Positions 58,534-63,493 of a stretch of 63,493 bases of DNA are shown here, piece after piece. The notes below the pieces were generated by a model that was not told the DNA's origin, did no database searches, and saw nothing but the letters and a program-made list of their open reading frames with translations. The stretch spans positions 1-63,493 of the forward strand of contig JANXVC010000105.1 of NCBI GenBank assembly GCA_025351925.1, given 5' to 3'. The stretch's first letter is position 1; every line of letters starts with the position of its first letter. A program made the position numbers and the translations under genes. The stretch comes from Rhodospirillales bacterium (GTDB lineage: Bacteria > Pseudomonadota > Alphaproteobacteria > Acetobacterales > Acetobacteraceae).

Positions 58534-59574
58534 CTAGGGCAGCAGCGCCGGGTTGCGCCACCCCTGGACTCCGTCAACATGGGTGGCTGGCACTCCGTCC
58601 GTCAGATGGATCTGACAAGGGCGTTCAATTTCCAGGCGCCACCCGGCTTTCAGCAAGACATCAAACAGCCGTCCCTCGATGGGCCGGGAGTGCGTGCCGA
58701 TCAGCAGATAGGCGATCTTTTGGCTGAGAAGCGGAAGGCAAGCGGCGACCAAGTCCGCCTCACCACCCTGGATATCGATATGCAAGAGGTCAATGCGGGC
58801 GTATTGGGCTGCCACCTCCGCGAGAGATAGCATCGGCAGTTCGTCGTATTTACCGGAGCGCACGGCGCGTTCGCGTTGGGCCTCCGTGGCATCAAAGATC
58901 GGCTCCAATCCCCAGGACAACCCAGCGCTATCCTGACGCGGGAACAAGGCCGTTCCAGACTCTGCGGCGGCTATGCCATGATGGAGCGTCACCTCTGACG
59001 GCGAGAACCCATTGGCTTCGCAAGCCTCCCGAGCGAACCCGATATGTTTGACGTCGCCCTCGATGCCGATGAGCTGGACGGCCCGTCCTATTCGTCTGGC
59101 GGCAACGCCGGTATTATTCATCCAGCAGCCCCAACCACAGCCGAGCTCGATCATGGTGAAACGGCCGGGTGCCAGGTCAACAGCGCGTAGTGCGGCCGCC
59201 CACTCGGCGATATCAGCGTGCCAGTTAGCCGGAATGGGAATAGGCTCTACTTGCCCTGCTCGACCGGCAAGGATCGATGGAAAGAACTTCGGGTCAATCA
59301 GGACACCGAGGAAGTTAGTCAGATAGTCAGAGTGCGGCTGCAAGCCCGTTGCGGCGTGACGACGGATGACAGCCTGAGCGTCAAAGCAGGTATTGTAATA
59401 GTAGAACGGGCTGGAGACCTCCAGACCCGCGGCAGAAAGCTGTTGCCGGCAAATATCGAGATCGGCCGATAGCGCGTCGCGCTGCACAAGCAATGCGTTG
59501 CGGGCCTCACGTAGGCTGCGGACGGCCGGAATTCTTAGAAGCCCGTTCTTAAGGAGGGTGGTGATGGCGCTCAT
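58534..59574 (-). CDS. FkbM-like SAM-dependent methyltransferase
   Basis: IELGCGWG, IDLLHIDIQGGE, LIGTHS; N-terminal coiled coil. Confidence 0.75.
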   Translation of the reverse strand: MSAITTLLKNGLLRIPAVRSLREARNALLVQRDALSADLDICRQQLSAAGLEVSSPFYYYNTCFDAQAVIRRHAATGLQPHSDYLTNFLGVLIDPKFFPSILAGRAGQVEPIPIPANWHADIAEWAAALRAVDLAPGRFTMIELGCGWGCWMNNTGVAARRIGRAVQLIGIEGDVKHIGFAREACEANGFSPSEVTLHHGIAAAESGTALFPRQDSAGLSWGLEPIFDATEAQRERAVRSGKYDELPMLSLAEVAAQYARIDLLHIDIQGGEADLVAACLPLLSQKIAYLLIGTHSRPIEGRLFDVLLKAGWRLEIERPCQIHLTDGVPATHVDGVQGWRNPALLP

Positions 59575-59636
59575 TTACACCTCACCTGTCCATTGAACCG
59601 TCCACGGCGATAGCATCGCCATATCAACGACGGCCG

Positions 59637-60116
59637 CTAAGTTTGGGTGGCAGCACCCGCCTCCAAAGACTGACGGATGCCCTGCAGTTCATCCTTTATC
59701 TGAACAAGCTTCTCCGTCGGCAACCCGATCGCCTCGGCAACGCTGCACGGAATGTGCTGCGCCCGGGCCCGCAGGTCGCGCCCGGCCTGCGTCAATTCGG
59801 TCCGCACCAGGCGCTCGTCTTTCTTGTCGCGGCTGCGGCGGACCAACCCCGCCTGCTCCATCCGCTTCAGCATCGGCGTCAGGGTGCCGGAGTTAAGATG
59901 CAGCTGCTCGCCAAGCGCGCGGACGGTCAGGCCGTCCTCCTGCCACAGCACGAGCATGACGATATACTGCGGGTAGGTGAGGCGCAGCTCAGCGAGGATC
60001 GGCGCGTAGGTCTTGCCGAGCGCCAGGGTCGCCGAATACAGCGCGAAGCAGAACTGCGACTCGAGGTCGAGGTTATCGTTGCCCGCCGATGGCTGCCGCC
60101 GCGCCGCTGTTGCCAT
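59637..60116 (-). CDS. ohrR: OhrR-like MarR-family redox regulator (2-Cys type)
   Basis: QFCFALYS sensing Cys, LTYPQYIVMLVLW, LNSGTLTPMLKR, D.R; second Cys in IPC. Confidence 0.85.
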   Translation of the reverse strand: MATAARRQPSAGNDNLDLESQFCFALYSATLALGKTYAPILAELRLTYPQYIVMLVLWQEDGLTVRALGEQLHLNSGTLTPMLKRMEQAGLVRRSRDKKDERLVRTELTQAGRDLRARAQHIPCSVAEAIGLPTEKLVQIKDELQGIRQSLEAGAATQT

Positions 60117-60121
60117 GAGAC

Positions 60122-60877
60122 CTATGATCCACTGAACCAGTTATAGCCCTGATCTTCCCACCATCCGCCGAGATAGTCATTAGTGACGTAGATCGCGGTG
60201 ATATGTTTCGGGTTCTTGAAGCCGAGCTTGGTCGGCACGCGCAGCTTGACCGGGAAGCCGTACTTGTCCGGCAGCGGCGCGCCGCGGAAGTCGGTCGCGA
60301 GGATGGTCTGCGGATGCAGCGCCGTCGCCATGTCGATGCTGCTGTAGTAGCGGTCGGCGCATTTGAAACCGACATACTGTGCCCGTGTATCCGCCCCGAT
60401 GCGTTCCAGGAAGCTGCGGAACGGCACGCCGGACCACTCGCCGATGGCGCTCCAGCCCTCAATGCAGATGTGCCGGGTGATCTGGCTGGCCTGCGGCATG
60501 GCGCGCAGCTTGGACAGTGTCCAGGGCGTCTTGTCCTGCACCAGGCCGGAGACTTCGAGCTTCCAGGTATCGCCGTCCACCTCGGGAGTGTTGTCCTCGG
60601 GATAGTAGGCGTTGAACGGGAAGGGGTCGGTGATCTCGCTGGCGGCAAAGGTGGGCGCGAGGCGATTGGCGTCGAACAGCCAGCCCTGCACCCGGTCGTT
60701 GAACCGCGACATCGCAAACAGCGCCCGGTCCACCGCGTCCCCATCCGACAGGTTGCAGCCGGTCAGCATCGTCAGCGCGCCGAGCGAGAGACCCGAGCGC
60801 AGCAGCAATCGCCGCTCCACCCGCTTCAACTCGGGCGCCAGCTGGTCAGCCAAAACTTTCCGATCGATACGGTTCAC
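60122..60877 (-). CDS. Molybdopterin-dependent oxidoreductase (sulfite-oxidase/MsrP-like), Tat lipoprotein
   Basis: GTG overlaps the cytochrome b stop (GTGA); ERRLLLRSG...LTGC signal; HICIEGWS Mo-Cys; HPQT, GFP.KLR.PTKLGFKNPK, GGWWEDQGY. Confidence 0.88.
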   Translation of the reverse strand: MNRIDRKVLADQLAPELKRVERRLLLRSGLSLGALTMLTGCNLSDGDAVDRALFAMSRFNDRVQGWLFDANRLAPTFAASEITDPFPFNAYYPEDNTPEVDGDTWKLEVSGLVQDKTPWTLSKLRAMPQASQITRHICIEGWSAIGEWSGVPFRSFLERIGADTRAQYVGFKCADRYYSSIDMATALHPQTILATDFRGAPLPDKYGFPVKLRVPTKLGFKNPKHITAIYVTNDYLGGWWEDQGYNWFSGS

Positions 60878-61539
60878 GACTTCAACTCCCTGGCGGACAC
60901 CTCGACCCGGGCGCGGCCGGTGATCATCGCCCATAGCGTGCTGGGGACGATCGCCACCAGCGCCAAATGCACGACCGTAAACCCGACGATCCCTGCCATG
61001 GCGACGAAATGGATGCGCCGCACCAGTTCGTAGCCGCCAAGCAGGCCGACCAGTCCCTGGAACTGCACGGGCTTCCACAGGCCCAGCCCGGAAACCACCG
61101 CCCCCACGACCAGCACCAGCACGACGATATACAGCAGCCGCTGCACCGCGTTGTAGGTGCCGAGCTTGTGGACCAGGCGGAATGTCAGCGCCTCCTTCAG
61201 GTCCCGCCAGACCGCGCTCGGTCCGACGGGCAGAAAGCTGCGCATGAAATGCCGCCCGGCCAGGCCGTAAGCCAGGTAGATCAGACCGTTGACCACCAGC
61301 AGCCACATGGCGGCAAAATGCCAGGCAATCGCGCCGCCCAGCCAGCCGCCCAGCGTCGCCCAGCCCGGAAAGCTGAAGCCAAACAGCGGACTGGCGTTGT
61401 AGATCTTCCAGCCGCTCATAACCATGACGACGATCGCCACGGCGTTGAGCCAGTGCGTGACGCGCACCACCAAGGGGTGGATGACTATCAGCGGAATGCG
61501 GGCAGGCTGGGCGGCGCTCATGCTGGTCTTGGGCTCCAC
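60874..61539 (-). CDS. Di-haem cytochrome b/b6-domain membrane subunit
   Basis: VRVTHW, AWHF, YNAVQR, RRIHF, VVHL. Start 61539 or 61521. Confidence 0.88.
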   Translation of the reverse strand: MEPKTSMSAAQPARIPLIVIHPLVVRVTHWLNAVAIVVMVMSGWKIYNASPLFGFSFPGWATLGGWLGGAIAWHFAAMWLLVVNGLIYLAYGLAGRHFMRSFLPVGPSAVWRDLKEALTFRLVHKLGTYNAVQRLLYIVVLVLVVGAVVSGLGLWKPVQFQGLVGLLGGYELVRRIHFVAMAGIVGFTVVHLALVAIVPSTLWAMITGRARVEVSARELKS

Positions 61540-62139
61540 TTACATGGGTGGGACGGTGCCGTTCGCTCCGGCGATCAGGGCGTCGGCGGTGACGCTCGTG
61601 GCGCCCTTCGGGCTGAACACGACGACGCGGGCGCCGGGCTTCAGAATGGCGCTGTCGGCCGGCTTGATGGTGACGACGGGAACGTCGTCGGGGACCGTCA
61701 CCGTTTTGCTGCCGCCCTTGTAGTCGATCACCATGCTATGGCCGCTGGTGGTCTGCACGCTGCCGACTGCGCCATTGGTCATCGTGTTGCCGCCCGTCAG
61801 GTCCCAGCCATAGTGGCCGTCGCCCATGCCGCGCAGGCTCTCATCGAAAATGGTGACCTCCAGCGCCTTCAATGTGCCGTCGGACAGGGGAGCCGCCGCG
61901 ATGCCGACATACGAGTTGGCCTTGATGTCCGACAGCTTTGCCGTCTCGGCGACCATCATCTTGGTCTTGTCCGTCAGCGCGACCGGGACGGTCTGGCCAT
62001 TGCGGGACTTCGTCTCCAGCGTCTGGCCGCTGAAGCTGCCGATCGTGCCGCGGGTGATGGTCATCGGAGCGTCCTGGGCCCATGCGGCGCTGGAGAGCAA
62101 CGATGCGGCAAAGGCCAGGCCGGCGAAGGTTTTGATCAT
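61540..62139 (-). CDS. Periplasmic beta-rich protein of unknown function
   Basis: AAAGGA RBS, Sec signal (AAWA-Q), GDGHYGWDL, TMTNG, PPM C-terminus; abuts the cytochrome b gene. Confidence 0.8.
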   Translation of the reverse strand: MIKTFAGLAFAASLLSSAAWAQDAPMTITRGTIGSFSGQTLETKSRNGQTVPVALTDKTKMMVAETAKLSDIKANSYVGIAAAPLSDGTLKALEVTIFDESLRGMGDGHYGWDLTGGNTMTNGAVGSVQTTSGHSMVIDYKGGSKTVTVPDDVPVVTIKPADSAILKPGARVVVFSPKGATSVTADALIAGANGTVPPM

Positions 62140-62187
62140 GGATGTTCCTTTTAGATTAACGAGACCACGTTCTACAGAAGAAAATCA

Positions 62188-62208
62188 ATAATACGCAATC
62201 AAATTGCG
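62188..62208 (-). promoter_or_regulatory. OhrR-type operator palindrome adjoining the -10 box of the Mo-oxidoreductase operon
   Basis: CGCAAT-CAA-ATTGCG (62194-62208); minus-strand TATTAT at 62193-62188. Confidence 0.6.
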
Positions 62209-62276
62209 CGTGTTCGACACTGCCGCAACAGGACGTCGGAAGCCAGTGCGGCGTCGCCGAATCGGCTATGCAAAAC

Positions 62277-62301
62277 CGAACCGGATCGCTCTGCAGCCGT
62301 T
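62277..62301 (+). promoter_or_regulatory. Putative EcfG (sigmaT) general-stress promoter
   Basis: CGAAC-N16-CGTT versus consensus GGAAC-N16/17-CGTT, 32 nt before ATG 62334. Confidence 0.55.
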
Positions 62302-62333
62302 GACTTCCGCATACGATCAACAGGGAGGAAATT

Positions 62334-62618
62334 ATGCGACGACTGACTTTGGCGGCGGCGGCGATGCTGCTCTATCCGATCGTGTCACATGCCCAGGCGC
62401 CTGCGCCCGGCAGCAACGCGGGCGGCGGCGTCGGCACGAGCGTGACTAAGCCAACTACGCCGACGGGCGTCACTCCGCCCGGCACACCCAGCGGAGATAC
62501 CGCCGGGGACCGGGCGTTGCGCGACGCCGTAGGCCAGAACGTAATCGGCAAGACCGAGACGCCGCTTACCGCAGTGCCTGGCAACACCACGGGCCCGGAT
62601 AGCGGCGTCCGGAAGTAG
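62334..62618 (+). CDS. Small secreted low-complexity protein
   Basis: GGGAGG RBS, signal peptide ending SHA-Q, G/T/P-rich mature part. Confidence 0.7.
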   Translation: MRRLTLAAAAMLLYPIVSHAQAPAPGSNAGGGVGTSVTKPTTPTGVTPPGTPSGDTAGDRALRDAVGQNVIGKTETPLTAVPGNTTGPDSGVRK

Positions 62619-62628
62619 GCTCCGGCGG

Positions 62629-63493
62629 TTAGATCTCGCGCTGTTCCATCATCCTCGCGATGCTGTCCGCCTGACGGATAGCGAGCGAGACGATGGTCAG
62701 CGTGGGGTTGCACGCGGCCCCGCTGGTGAACTGGCTGCCGTCCGACACGAACAGGTTCTTGATGTCGTGCGTCTGGCCATATTTGTTCACCACGCCGTCG
62801 CGCGGCTTCTCGCTCATCCGGTTGGTGCCCATGTTGTGCGTGCTCGGATAGGGCGGCGTCGGAATCAGCCTTGTGGCGCCGACCGCGGAGTACACCGCCG
62901 AGCCCTGCTGCACCGCATGCGCCCGCATGGCGATGTCGTTCGGATGGTCGTCGAAGTGCACGCTGGCCACTGGCAGGCCGAGTTTGTCCTTGAACTTAGA
63001 GTCGAGGGTCACGCGATTAGTCTCCCGCGCCATGTCCTCGCCGATCAGCCACATGCCGGCCATGTTGCTGTAGCCGTCCATGGCGCTGGTGAAGCTGCGG
63101 CCCCAGGCGCCGGGGTCCATGAACGCCGCCATGAACGGGACGCCAAGGGAGACCGTCTCCATCTCATAGCCGCCGACGAAGCCGCGCTTGGTGTCGTGCC
63201 GGGCCTCGTCGCGGATGATGCCGGCCATGGTGGTGCCGCGATACATGTGCACGGGTTTCTCGAAGATCCCGTACACGTTGCCCGTCATGTGCCGCATGTA
63301 GTTGCGGCCGACCTGCCCGCTGTTGTTGCCGAGGCCATCGGGGAACTTCGCGGATGCGCTGTTGAGCAGCAGGCGCGGGCTTTCGATCGAATTGCCGGCG
63401 ACCGCAACGATGCGCGCCTTCTGGCGTTGGGTCTTTCCAGCCTCGTCGGCGTAGACCACGCCGGTCACCTTGCCGGATGCATCGTGTTCGATC
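62629..63493 (-). CDS. GMC family oxidoreductase (5' end outside window)
   Basis: ESPRLLLNS, VGRNYMRH, HNMGTNRM, NLFVSDGS, NPTLTI. Confidence 0.92.
   Translation of the reverse strand, partial: IEHDASGKVTGVVYADEAGKTQRQKARIVAVAGNSIESPRLLLNSASAKFPDGLGNNSGQVGRNYMRHMTGNVYGIFEKPVHMYRGTTMAGIIRDEARHDTKRGFVGGYEMETVSLGVPFMAAFMDPGAWGRSFTSAMDGYSNMAGMWLIGEDMARETNRVTLDSKFKDKLGLPVASVHFDDHPNDIAMRAHAVQQGSAVYSAVGATRLIPTPPYPSTHNMGTNRMSEKPRDGVVNKYGQTHDIKNLFVSDGSQFTSGAACNPTLTIVSLAIRQADSIARMMEQREI

Noticed and set aside
1-63493. tRNA/rRNA genes, transposases, integrases, prophage or defence systems
   Set aside because: Intergenic gaps are short with no recognisable cloverleaf or terminal inverted repeats, and no such protein motifs were seen; tRNAscan/Rfam not run.

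Overview
This is a GC-rich alphaproteobacterial chromosome segment whose gene content suggests Acetobacteraceae, an anoxygenic phototroph of Rhodopila/Acidisphaera type (inferred, not searched). Positions ~2.3-21.8 kb hold one block of a split photosynthesis gene cluster: crtIB, crtDC, crtEF, bchCXYZ and pufBALMC, with PpsR/CrtJ TGT-N12-ACA boxes. It is followed by a membrane-anchored tandem di-haem cytochrome c and a KirBac-type K+ channel. The rest is mostly core genes: gcrA, pmtA, an aa3 cytochrome oxidase operon, thrC, peptidases, a plcP-like/GT4 pair, waaA-lpxK-lpxL, a cspA locus, xseA/purD and tadA-rluB-rsmD. Accessory inserts include two Uma2 genes, a YniB-like gene broken by a TGA, a P450 and a methyltransferase. 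No tRNA, rRNA, CRISPR array or transposase was seen. The best candidates for undescribed biology are: (1) a four-gene operon (periplasmic protein, cytochrome b, Tat-exported Mo-oxidoreductase, 2-Cys OhrR-like regulator) with an OhrR-type palindrome in its promoter and no ohr gene; (2) a 49-aa single-helix microprotein coupled to crtB and absent from the ORF track; (3) the duplicated-domain cytochrome c plus a probably CTG-initiated K+ channel after pufC; (4) a membrane alpha/beta-hydrolase that shares the crtI PpsR box. All family calls are motif recognition by eye; no database searches were run.
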